A stretch of DNA of 64,000 bases, taken from Clostridia bacterium. GTDB lineage: Bacteria; Bacillota; Clostridia; Acetivibrionales; DTU013. Below are positions 47,870 to 56,862 of this stretch, piece by piece. The translations under genes and the position numbers were made by a program. The notes under the pieces are model-generated. The model had not been told where the DNA came from, searched no databases, and worked only from the letters and a program-made list of their open reading frames with translations. The stretch covers positions 3,080 through 67,079 of the forward strand of contig DATALQ010000013.1 of the NCBI GenBank assembly GCA_036260935.1, written 5' to 3'. The first letter of the stretch is position 1, and every line of letters begins with the position of its first letter.

Positions 47870-48498
47870 ACTCCTATCGTAATATATGACTTGTCCCCTG
47901 CATACACTATGGCCTTGGCATTGGTGGTTTCGGTAACGAGCGCCGAGAACGCCTCGAATTCGTCAACCGGTATGTAGAGATACATATCTACGTCCTGCGC
48001 ATAAATCGTATCCTTTACCCTGTAGCCTTTCGAAGCAGCCAGGGCCTGCAGCTTACCAAGCAGCGAATAATCCATGGCGATACCCGCTTCTATGCAAAGC
48101 TGCCTTTTGACGATCCCAGCGGCCTCCAGCCCCAGTGTCGCGCTTTTGCCGTACGCACGAACGAGTCCAGAAGCTCCGAGCAGAGTACCGCCGAAATAGC
48201 GTGTAACCACTACCGCCACATCCTCTGCGTCAAGTTTCCTTATCGCCTCGAGCACGGGCAGTCCCGCGGTCCCGGACGGCTCGCCGTCGTCGCTGAATTT
48301 CTGCTGCGTATTTTCGCCGCAGATATAGTATGCATAAACGTTATGGGTCGCATTCCAGTATTTCGATCTAAGGGCTTCTACAAATCCGTGCGCCTCTTCC
48401 TCGCAGGCTACGGGCCTTACTGTCGCGATAAAGCGGGATTTTTTCTCTTCGAATTCCGCGGAAGCCTCCCGCGAAACGGTCAGATATTCCTTCCTCAT
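47866..48498 (-). CDS. yigZ: YigZ/IMPACT-family protein (UPF0029)
   Basis: EEKKSRFIATV...HNVYAY...FSDDGEPSGTAGLPVLE...VVVTRYFGGTLLG. Confidence 0.85.
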   Translation of the reverse strand: MRKEYLTVSREASAEFEEKKSRFIATVRPVACEEEAHGFVEALRSKYWNATHNVYAYYICGENTQQKFSDDGEPSGTAGLPVLEAIRKLDAEDVAVVVTRYFGGTLLGASGLVRAYGKSATLGLEAAGIVKRQLCIEAGIAMDYSLLGKLQALAASKGYRVKDTIYAQDVDMYLYIPVDEFEAFSALVTETTNAKAIVYAGDKSYITIGV

Positions 48499-48544
48499 TT
48501 ACTCCTCCAAATAGGCTCGACCAACGCAAACCATTGATTATCTT

Positions 48545-48587
48545 CCAAAAAATAAATGATAGCAGGTTGCCCCGCTATCATTTATTT
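48545..48587 (-). terminator. Intrinsic terminator after the NUDIX gene
   Basis: 14-bp stem aaataaatgatagc/gctatcatttattt with a T-run on the minus strand. Confidence 0.65.
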
Positions 48588-48644
48588 TACTATAAATTTA
48601 TTATGATTTCGAATTAACATTTACGGCATTCAGCTGCCGACTAT

Positions 48645-49118
48645 CTAAACGGCTACCGAGGTGATATCCTTGAACATCCTGTAGGACAGGTTCAAAAGCG
48701 CCTTGTCCTGGCTGTACGTTACCAGCTTCATGGCCTCCTCGATATCAAAATACCCCGCATCCATAAATTTTTCATTGTCATTGATTTTGTAATAAAGATT
48801 GTTTGATTTCATGATGTACCAGATAATTTTGTTACAGACCGGTTTCTGACGTGTTACGGAAAAGAACTCATAATTGGTGTGCCCTGCTGTAGAAATGATC
48901 TCCGAAGCAATATCTCCTTCTTCTTTTACCCTCGTGAGCGCTACTTCATTCGGCAATTCGCCGCTTCGAATGACGCCCTTGGGGAAAACCCATTCGCCTT
49001 TTTCGTTCTTAAGGAGAAACACCTTGTTTCCGCAGAAGATAATGCCTCCCGCGCAGTTTCTGACTAACATATTAAGGTCCCTTCCTTTCAACCGGAAGCT
49101 CAGATTTTGACGAGACAT
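48645..49118 (-). CDS. NUDIX-family hydrolase
   Basis: GGIIFCGNKVFLLKNEKGEWVFPKGVIRSGELPNEVALTRVKEEGDI approximates the Nudix box. The start is probably ATG at 49070. Confidence 0.6.
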   Translation of the reverse strand: MSRQNLSFRLKGRDLNMLVRNCAGGIIFCGNKVFLLKNEKGEWVFPKGVIRSGELPNEVALTRVKEEGDIASEIISTAGHTNYEFFSVTRQKPVCNKIIWYIMKSNNLYYKINDNEKFMDAGYFDIEEAMKLVTYSQDKALLNLSYRMFKDITSVAV

Positions 49119-49331
49119 TCCGTTACTTTAATATTATGATACCGGATATGCAAATTTTATTCAACTTTCAGAAATGTTCAAAAGTTAATTTCTTAACCGT
49201 TTATTAACATTACTCTCGTTGTATTTATCAAATCTCGTTCAATTTCTGCCATGAGCCTTTTTAATTTAAATTTAACATTTATTGTATAAAACCCGGCAGT
49301 GCTCAATTCTGCCGGGTTTGAACAAATAAAT

Positions 49332-51044
49332 CTATTTTCCCAGTGCCTTGGATATATCCTTGAATAATGCCGTCCTATCCCATACAAGTCCGCGATATGG
49401 TATTTTACCGGGTTCAGCTGTATGGTCGAGCAGATCCGTTCCGTCGGAACGATAATCATAGGATATCCCGGCCGCATTGAGAATTGTCGGAGCTAAGTCA
49501 AGCGTCGAGGCAACCCTGTTCTCCTCGCGGTATTTTGCCTTATCTGGCGTAATGATATACAACGGCACGAATTCATAATTCTTCCCGTCGATCATGGTGT
49601 CCGCCTGCCTGTAATCGGGACTTTTTATTTTAGGCGTATGATCGCCGAAAATGATTATATAAGCGTTGTCATACTTTTTCTGTATAGCTTCGATGTAGTT
49701 TTGTATACTCCGGTCCACGTAGGACATTGAGACGAAATAATCCCTTACAAGCTTGTCCTGTACATCGTCATAATCGCTCCTGTCAGCATAGTTCAAAACG
49801 CTCGTGAACGGTCCGTGGCTTGTCATTGTGATCGCATATGACAACACGGGTTTCTCCGCACCGGAGATCCTGTTCAGGGCAAAATCGAAAACCTTTTCGT
49901 CGGGAGCTCCCCAGCCGACATCCTTCATATTCATTTTTTCGATACTGTAATATTCTTCGAAACCATACGTGCGGAAGGACAGATCGCGGTTGTAATACCT
50001 CCCGATATTGCCGTGGAAGGCAAGCGATTCATAACCCGCCGCGTTAAGCTGCTTTATGAAGGCGTTCGGCGCCTTGTAGGTCGTCAGCTTGATCGCAGGG
50101 TAACCCACCAGCGGCTCTACGCTGTTTATTATGGAAAATTCGGTATCGGAAGTACCTCCGCCGAAGTGGTAGCTGACCATGTACGGGAAGTAAACGCTGT
50201 TGTTTTCCAGTGAATTCATATAGGGCATGACGTACTTTCCGTTATGCTGCTGGTTAACAATAACGGCGTCCATTGATTCCACCTGTACGATGAAAATATT
50301 GGGCTTTTCGGCTTTTTGAGCAGTTTTTACTATCTGTTTTCCGTATTTAAAACTTTTGATATAGTCCTCCGTGCTCTGCCCGTAATATATGCTCACGGCG
50401 CTGTTTACAAGCGTTCCGTAGCGCTGCACTATACGCGATTCCCCAAGGAAATGGTTCTGCGCGATGTTCGTGATAAAGACCTTGTTTTTATAATGGCCGT
50501 ACTGCGTATAAGCTGTTGCGAGCAGCGCAAGTACAACTACCGCGTCGGCGATAAGCCAAAGCTTCTTCCTCAGCCGGTTTGCCTTGAAATACGTGACCGT
50601 AAGGAAGACAAAGAACGGAAGATCGAGGAAAGACACCAGGAGCAGCGGATTCTTCGGCGAGGACGCGTTCATAACGGCGACAAAGCCTTCGTAGAAATTC
50701 TGGATGAATACCTCGATGTGCAGGTAATTGTTGAAGTACAGATAGTACGACATATTTACAAGGATATATAGCGTCTGTAGCACGTAAAACGTTATAAACA
50801 GCGCCCTGGACCTGAAACGGAACAGTATCGGGTATATTGCAGCCACGATCAGCAGCGTCGTAAGGAATTTGAAGCGGAACATGAACTTGTCCGCCTGCGG
50901 TACGAGCACCTGATTGAATATCGTGATTTTCAGGACGTTAACAAGTACGAAAAGCAATAGGATAATGGCAACGAATATATCTGTCCTTGCTGGAAATACA
51001 TCCTTGAGCCATGACTTGAATTTATTAAACAGTGACCTCGGCAT
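49332..51044 (-). CDS. LTA-synthase-family sulfatase/phosphoglycerol transferase (5 TM plus extracellular sulfatase domain)
   Basis: N-terminal TM bundle, PNIFIVQVESMD, GGGTSDTEF, IIIFGDH. Confidence 0.85.
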   Translation of the reverse strand: MPRSLFNKFKSWLKDVFPARTDIFVAIILLLFVLVNVLKITIFNQVLVPQADKFMFRFKFLTTLLIVAAIYPILFRFRSRALFITFYVLQTLYILVNMSYYLYFNNYLHIEVFIQNFYEGFVAVMNASSPKNPLLLVSFLDLPFFVFLTVTYFKANRLRKKLWLIADAVVVLALLATAYTQYGHYKNKVFITNIAQNHFLGESRIVQRYGTLVNSAVSIYYGQSTEDYIKSFKYGKQIVKTAQKAEKPNIFIVQVESMDAVIVNQQHNGKYVMPYMNSLENNSVYFPYMVSYHFGGGTSDTEFSIINSVEPLVGYPAIKLTTYKAPNAFIKQLNAAGYESLAFHGNIGRYYNRDLSFRTYGFEEYYSIEKMNMKDVGWGAPDEKVFDFALNRISGAEKPVLSYAITMTSHGPFTSVLNYADRSDYDDVQDKLVRDYFVSMSYVDRSIQNYIEAIQKKYDNAYIIIFGDHTPKIKSPDYRQADTMIDGKNYEFVPLYIITPDKAKYREENRVASTLDLAPTILNAAGISYDYRSDGTDLLDHTAEPGKIPYRGLVWDRTALFKDISKALGK

Positions 51045-52338
51045 TTTGACCTCCGTAATTGAAATTCTGCGGTATATAAGCTTTCAATTTCTTCTGCGTA
51101 AATTTGATATCCAGCCTGGCAAAACGCTGGAGACCATCCTCAAGTTCTATTTCAGGCCATCCGCCCTGAATAAGCGGCCTTGCATACTCGATGAAGGCAT
51201 CCGTCACATCGGTCCCGTCTGACGAAAGCCAGTCCTTCGGAAGGAAACGCTCCGAGTTGGCTACCACATCAAGTCTGACCTTGTCGTAATAAGCCTCGTA
51301 CCTTGCGCCCGGCTTTCTTAAAATGGTAGCCATCCAGCCCGTGCCATCCTCAACGGCGATCTGCACTGCCTTTTTCCCCACCTCGTATGCCTCATGGAGA
51401 TCCACCGGCGATGCCTGTATCGAAACGGATCTCTGCAAAACGCCCGGCAACTGCCCAGTCACCTGGCCTCTTGCCTTTATGCCATGCCCGTTCAGGTAAT
51501 TTACCACCGCCTGCGAAGCGGTTATTTTACTGGCGCCATATTCGACATGACCGAAAGCGTCGCGTGCCTCGCCTATGTTTCCTACGTCGAAGCCTTCGTT
51601 TACCACAACGATACAGCGCCCGGAGCTTTGAAGCTCGCGGTTTACATTCTCGGCCAGAGACTCAAGGCTGTGCCCGGATTCTGCCATATAGAGCTGCAGC
51701 GGCATTTCCCTGCGCGGGTCTGCAAGCCTTGCCGCCGCGGTGATAAAACCGGCTTTCCTGCCCATCGCCTGCAGAACGGCTACGGCTTCTGAACCGCACA
51801 TCCCCCTGTTTTCCTCATTCACATTCTGTATGATATGCGCCCAATACCTGGCTGCACTCCCATAGCCAGGGGTATGATCGATTATCGTAAACCTGTCGTC
51901 GCCGAGGTCGTTATCTATGGTCTTGGGAATACCCGCCACTATCAGCTCAAGACCCCTCTCCGCCGCAAGTCTGGAAACCTTGTCGGCGGTATCCATGGAG
52001 TCGTTGCCGCCTATATAGAGAAAATAGCCGATATCATGAGCCTGAATTACATCTATAATCCTGTTGAAATCCGCAGTCTGAGATTTGCCGAGCTTATAAC
52101 GGCAGGTCCCTATCGCACCGGCGGCAGGTGTGAACCGCAGTCTATTGAGTTCGTCCGCCGACTGCAGCCCCATATCGACAAGCTCTTCCTGCAGGACCCC
52201 TTCTATCCCATGCCAGCCCGCATATACAGTTCCGATGTGATCCGTATAAGAGAAGCAAGCATCCAGAACTCCCTGCAGCGATGCATTTATAACAGGCGAT
52301 GGTCCGCCCGACTGGGCGACCAGTGCGTTCTTTTTCAT
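51025..52338 (-). CDS. pfp: Phosphofructokinase, probably PPi-dependent
   Basis: QSGGPSPVINA, IGGNDS, PKTIDNDL (Lys instead of the Gly of ATP-PFKs). Confidence 0.85.
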   Translation of the reverse strand: MKKNALVAQSGGPSPVINASLQGVLDACFSYTDHIGTVYAGWHGIEGVLQEELVDMGLQSADELNRLRFTPAAGAIGTCRYKLGKSQTADFNRIIDVIQAHDIGYFLYIGGNDSMDTADKVSRLAAERGLELIVAGIPKTIDNDLGDDRFTIIDHTPGYGSAARYWAHIIQNVNEENRGMCGSEAVAVLQAMGRKAGFITAAARLADPRREMPLQLYMAESGHSLESLAENVNRELQSSGRCIVVVNEGFDVGNIGEARDAFGHVEYGASKITASQAVVNYLNGHGIKARGQVTGQLPGVLQRSVSIQASPVDLHEAYEVGKKAVQIAVEDGTGWMATILRKPGARYEAYYDKVRLDVVANSERFLPKDWLSSDGTDVTDAFIEYARPLIQGGWPEIELEDGLQRFARLDIKFTQKKLKAYIPQNFNYGGQNAEVTV

Positions 52339-52534
52339 ATAACCCCCAAAAATAATCTAGTATTACGAAAATTCAGTCTCTTAAATATTTCACATAAGAT
52401 TATAACACTAGTTCAATATTTAACAACTGTTAAAAATCCCATGTACATAGTGCGTCTGGGATTTTTGACCCTTTATTGATCAGGCAGGATTGCCGATAAC
52501 CATATAGGGTATTTGTATTAAAGGAGATCACGCC

Positions 52535-53461
52535 ATGGACGGCACAATTTTGTTGATGGATTATTCGGCCTATGAGAGGCAGAAAATCCGCCATATCATA
52601 GAAAAAATCGGATATTTCAATATTATCGAGGTTGGGGACAATAACCAGTTCAAGCTGTTGAATACGGATATTGCCGATCTCAAGCTTATAATAATGGATC
52701 TTGCTTTTCCTGCGGAAACCGACGGTTTTGCAGCGCTGTCGAAATTGCGCTCGGCACCCGTCAGGACTGTTCCCATAATCATCGTCACCCAGGCCGACAG
52801 GTCAGACCTTAAGTCCGCGGCTCTGCGCTATGGCGTCAATGATTATATTGTCAAGCCATATCAGCTTAAAAGACTCGAAAGCTCAATAAACAGCCTCGTC
52901 AAGACAGAAAAAACATTCCGATACGATACCAGTGAAATAAATGATATCAGAATGTCGTTCGACAGCTATGTGGAGCGCGAGATCAAATATTCCAAGCGTA
53001 CCGGTGCTCCGCTGTCGCTTATACTTATCACGACTCTGCAGCTGTATTCAGCGGCAGGTTCGGAAAAAAGCATAACTGACGAATATAAAGCTTCGGTCTT
53101 CAACATAGCGGCAAAAAAGGCCCGGGAAGCACTGCGAGCCACAGACACGATCGTTCTGAACCATGGCAGGGACATAATAATCGTACTGCCTTGTACCGAC
53201 GAAACCGGGGCCCGTCTGGTTTCAGAGAAGATAAAAGCTTATACGGAGCCCGAATTCGAAAAAATCAATTCAAACAGGAATGAATATATTTATCCTGTCT
53301 ATGTGGCGTATCCGAAGGAGGGCGACAGTTTCCAGGCATTGATGCAGACAGCCTTCAGGAAGATCGCCGATAAAGAAATGCTGGAAAAGATCACATCGAT
53401 CCCGTCGGACACACGCAAATATGCGGACAAGAGCTACAATCGTTACCGCAAGTGGTGGTAG
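52535..53461 (+). CDS. Response-regulator receiver fused to a degenerate GGDEF domain
   Basis: Receiver LKLIIMDLAFP ... VTQA ... YIVKP. The C-domain aligns to the GGDEF fold, but the active-site position reads NHGRD. Confidence 0.75.
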   Translation: MDGTILLMDYSAYERQKIRHIIEKIGYFNIIEVGDNNQFKLLNTDIADLKLIIMDLAFPAETDGFAALSKLRSAPVRTVPIIIVTQADRSDLKSAALRYGVNDYIVKPYQLKRLESSINSLVKTEKTFRYDTSEINDIRMSFDSYVEREIKYSKRTGAPLSLILITTLQLYSAAGSEKSITDEYKASVFNIAAKKAREALRATDTIVLNHGRDIIIVLPCTDETGARLVSEKIKAYTEPEFEKINSNRNEYIYPVYVAYPKEGDSFQALMQTAFRKIADKEMLEKITSIPSDTRKYADKSYNRYRKWW

Positions 53462-53466
53462 TCGGC

Positions 53467-56118
53467 TTACCTCCCATAAAACCAGTCTGCGAATTCGTCG
53501 ATCTCACCAATCAAGTTTTCATATCTCGGTTTTATCTTTAAAGCTTCAGTTTCTTGTACTTTTTCGTTTTCTAATGTCTCTACATGAAATTGCCGAATAA
53601 GCGTTTTGATTTCAGCGGCTTTTTCAGCGATCTCTCTCTGTAGTTCAGGGCCGGCTGGTTCGAGGGGAAGCTGTTCGAGCATGGCTTTGTTTATTGCCAG
53701 GTATCCTCCGGCCAGATGCTTTTCATGGAATTGTTCGCCGATATACCCCGCCATGAATCTGCTGTTGAGAAGGCCTAGCAAGAAAAGCGGATCGTATCCG
53801 CCAAAACCATATAATGCATATGCGCCTACGCCCAACGCAAGCGGATCCTGGCAGTAGTCGGCTTCCAACTCCCTGGTCAGGCCCGCAATAACGATCTTTT
53901 CATCACACCATAGCTTCCATTTGCTTTGGGCGATATCTCTGTTCTTGGATACAAAGGCCTTTTTATAGGTTTTTCCCATATATCTGATATTCTCGAACCC
54001 GACGCAGTATTTATCGATCGAACCGCTTACGACGAAGGGAATTGCGCCGTCTATGCGCTCTTCCGTGATACATGCTGCAATGGCTCTTGCCTGGAAGCCC
54101 GCCGTTCCCGACGCAAACCTGAGGCCGTGTTCCTTGAAAGTTCCATAGGTTTTGAAGCTTCGGGTCTTTCTGATAAACGTACAGCTGTGGTACCCCGAAC
54201 GCGTGCAGCCCTGGCACTCCTCGGAAGCCATGCCGTATTCCGCGTATTCACCGCCTGGTGCGCCTTTATTGCCTGCGACTATAACAGGATAAACTCCTGC
54301 ACTATGGAAAATATCGGCGTCGGAAACGCTGTAGCTTTGTCTCAGGCCATTCTCTTTTAGATATTCGAGCACCGGTGAGGCATAATGCGAGGACAGCAGG
54401 CTGTTTGGGACTATCCAGCAGTAAACGCCTTTATCGTTGGTTTGTCGTATCCCCTCCAGCAAAAATGCGGCGTATATGTCGAAGGATCCTCTCAGCAAAG
54501 GGTGCATCGACTTGAGCGAACGCCTCAGCCCGGCATATCTGGCCCCTTCTATGGCTGATATGTACGGCGGGTTGCCTATGACTATATCGAAGCCGCCCTT
54601 CTTTTTAACAGTTTCCATAAAGAGCGGGCTGTTATCGAATATCTCAGTACTGCGGCCCAGGCTGCTGCCGGATATAATATTTCCGAAAATGTAGGCTGCC
54701 AGAGGTTCCTGAGGGTTTGGGAGTTCCCCAGGACCCGGGAGTTCCGGGAGTCTCGCTAGGTCTGGGAGTTCCTGAGGGTTCGGGAGTACCGGGTGGTCCG
54801 ACAACTCCCGGAGACCATTTTCGTATGCTGAGGCGAGGGCGCACCAAAGCCTGAGTCTGGTTATCCTGACAGCATCCTCGTCGATATCCATTGCATATAT
54901 ACAGTTCACTACAGTGTAAAGCATCAGGCGGTATGCGTTACTTTCGGACAAGTCTGCCGGAGAACGGGTTGAGACAGCAGCACGGACCCTCACTATTTCC
55001 TTCAGTATACCGAGTACGAAAGCACCGGAGCCTGCTGCTGGGTCGAATATCCTTACCTGCCGGAGAGCGTCATCTATCTTTCCGAAGCTATGTAGAACAG
55101 ATGGAGAAAGCCCGGAAACAGATCCGTTTGCCAAATCATCTCCGCCATCTCCAGAAAGGCAGTCGCTATCCAGAAACGAACGGCAGTCCTCATAAGGTAT
55201 CTCCGCAGCGTTGGATATATAATGGGCGAGGCTTTCACGACACATGAAGCTGACGATTTCCGAAGGAGTATAAAAGGTACCCTTATTTTTCCTGACGTTT
55301 GTATCCAATCTGCTTTCAAAGAGATCCCCCAGCATCTCGGGATCTATTGCCAGTATCCGGTCATACGGCTCGCTTTCGCTCATTCTGAAACCCGGCAGCT
55401 TTACAAGGGCCGAAAAATCAAGGGTGTTCGTATATCTCCGGTTGAATTTCTTCAATACTTCCTTTTTGAATGAATTCAAACTGAACGCTTTTTCAAGGTC
55501 CTTAATAGACCTCTGTTTCTTTATAAGCAAAAGCTTCAACAGTAGTTTCCGGGCCGCAGTTCTTGTGATACCCGTTATTAGCGATACTTCGGGCCCGATC
55601 TCCTTTACTGCTTCAACTTCGGACCCGACGTTCTTTACTGCTGTAGCTTCGGACCCGATGTCCTTTACTGCCACAGCTTCAGTTCCGCCGCCCCCGCCAA
55701 GGATGTACGAAACCCTGCTCAGCTTGAAGTTGTTCAGGGCACGGGTATCGCCAGGTGCTTTATTGTCAGGATTAAGCCTGATCAATGACAGCTTCCATTC
55801 CTTTACACCGTCTATGTAGAATGCTGCAATGGCGGCCTCGCACCTGTTAGTTACAAGAACCTCTTCTATCTGTTTTCTTTCCAGTGAACCATATCGGACA
55901 TCATTGGTCTTTCGCCCGGAATTGACCGCCAGAATTGCCACAGCCGTACCTTCACTGCATATGAATCTGTTTAGGACGGCGAAATCAGATGCGAATCCCG
56001 TGGTACGAAGGAATTCGCCGTTATCGGCCGACTCCGGGCAGTAAAATAATCTGGTAGAAAATTTTATAAATCTGCCAAGATCGAAAGGTTTTTCAACGAC
56101 CTCATCAAGAAGTTTCAT
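53467..56118 (-). CDS. Eco57I/TaqI-type (gamma-class) N6-adenine DNA methyltransferase, ~883 aa, no partner nuclease gene
   Basis: Motif I VRIFDPAAGSGAFVLG (about 55021-55050), motif IV IVIGNPPYI (about 54562-54573) and a TaqI-C-like specificity region. Start set to ATG 56118 behind GGGGGTCGGGG, 20 nt after the dut stop. The track's 989-aa version overlaps dut. Confidence 0.8.
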   Translation of the reverse strand: MKLLDEVVEKPFDLGRFIKFSTRLFYCPESADNGEFLRTTGFASDFAVLNRFICSEGTAVAILAVNSGRKTNDVRYGSLERKQIEEVLVTNRCEAAIAAFYIDGVKEWKLSLIRLNPDNKAPGDTRALNNFKLSRVSYILGGGGGTEAVAVKDIGSEATAVKNVGSEVEAVKEIGPEVSLITGITRTAARKLLLKLLLIKKQRSIKDLEKAFSLNSFKKEVLKKFNRRYTNTLDFSALVKLPGFRMSESEPYDRILAIDPEMLGDLFESRLDTNVRKNKGTFYTPSEIVSFMCRESLAHYISNAAEIPYEDCRSFLDSDCLSGDGGDDLANGSVSGLSPSVLHSFGKIDDALRQVRIFDPAAGSGAFVLGILKEIVRVRAAVSTRSPADLSESNAYRLMLYTVVNCIYAMDIDEDAVRITRLRLWCALASAYENGLRELSDHPVLPNPQELPDLARLPELPGPGELPNPQEPLAAYIFGNIISGSSLGRSTEIFDNSPLFMETVKKKGGFDIVIGNPPYISAIEGARYAGLRRSLKSMHPLLRGSFDIYAAFLLEGIRQTNDKGVYCWIVPNSLLSSHYASPVLEYLKENGLRQSYSVSDADIFHSAGVYPVIVAGNKGAPGGEYAEYGMASEECQGCTRSGYHSCTFIRKTRSFKTYGTFKEHGLRFASGTAGFQARAIAACITEERIDGAIPFVVSGSIDKYCVGFENIRYMGKTYKKAFVSKNRDIAQSKWKLWCDEKIVIAGLTRELEADYCQDPLALGVGAYALYGFGGYDPLFLLGLLNSRFMAGYIGEQFHEKHLAGGYLAINKAMLEQLPLEPAGPELQREIAEKAAEIKTLIRQFHVETLENEKVQETEALKIKPRYENLIGEIDEFADWFYGR

Positions 56119-56137
56119 CCCCGACCCCCATAACCGT

Positions 56138-56758
56138 TCAGCCGCGGCCCGAATGTCCGAAACCGCCGCCCCTGTCAGTTCCAATCCCGCGCGGATCAGG
56201 ATGTTGAATGAAGTTTGCGCGTTTATATTCATTGAATACCATCTGCGCAATTCTGTCGCCCTTCTTAATATATATGGTGCCATATGGATTGCCAAGCCCG
56301 TCGATGTAGATCTTTTGTCCGGCGACGGCCAGCGATGCGGTGGGCAGAACCTTTCCCTCCCGCGCGAGATACTCCAGCAGTTCGATCTCCCTGTAGTTCC
56401 GGTACAGGCCCTCCAATATACCCGGATCAGCCGCAATCTGATACGGCAGGTTGGCTATGTTGTACGTATTTTGCAATATGACTCCAACCGTATCCCTGTA
56501 ATCGCTGTCTATAGTGCCTGGGCCATTGGGTATCCTGAGCTCTGTTTTCAGGGATAACCCGCTCCTGGGTCTTATTTGCGCCTCATATTCAGGGTCTATC
56601 GCCATGCTGAAATCGAGCGGCATTATTTTGGTTTCACCGGGTCTGACAGCCATGTCCTGTGTGGCGAAAAGGTCGCAGCCCGCGGAATTGGTCGAGGCGT
56701 AAAGCGGAATTCTCCCCTCTCCTCCGACCTTGATATATACGTTGATTTCATTTTTCAT
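56138..56758 (-). CDS. dut: dUTP diphosphatase (trimeric type) with a ~55-60-aa internal insertion
   Basis: Motifs SAGCDL, RPRSGL, GTIDSDYRD, GDRIAQMVF, GGGFGHSG. The extra segment lies between motifs III and IV. Confidence 0.85.
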   Translation of the reverse strand: MKNEINVYIKVGGEGRIPLYASTNSAGCDLFATQDMAVRPGETKIMPLDFSMAIDPEYEAQIRPRSGLSLKTELRIPNGPGTIDSDYRDTVGVILQNTYNIANLPYQIAADPGILEGLYRNYREIELLEYLAREGKVLPTASLAVAGQKIYIDGLGNPYGTIYIKKGDRIAQMVFNEYKRANFIQHPDPRGIGTDRGGGFGHSGRG

Positions 56759-56862
56759 AAGCTATACCCCCAGGTAGTCTGTTTGAATTTTTGTATGAAT
56801 TGTTTGTTTGAATTTCAGTTTGGATCCTCTGCCCGAGAATTCCCCGAGCTGACCGAAGGCCG

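Noticed and set aside
56119-56436. N-terminal 106-aa extension of the methyltransferase ORF (track version 53467-56436)
   Set aside because: It overlaps the 3' third of dut in another frame, is Arg/Ser/Thr-rich, and an ATG with a good SD exists 20 nt after the dut stop.
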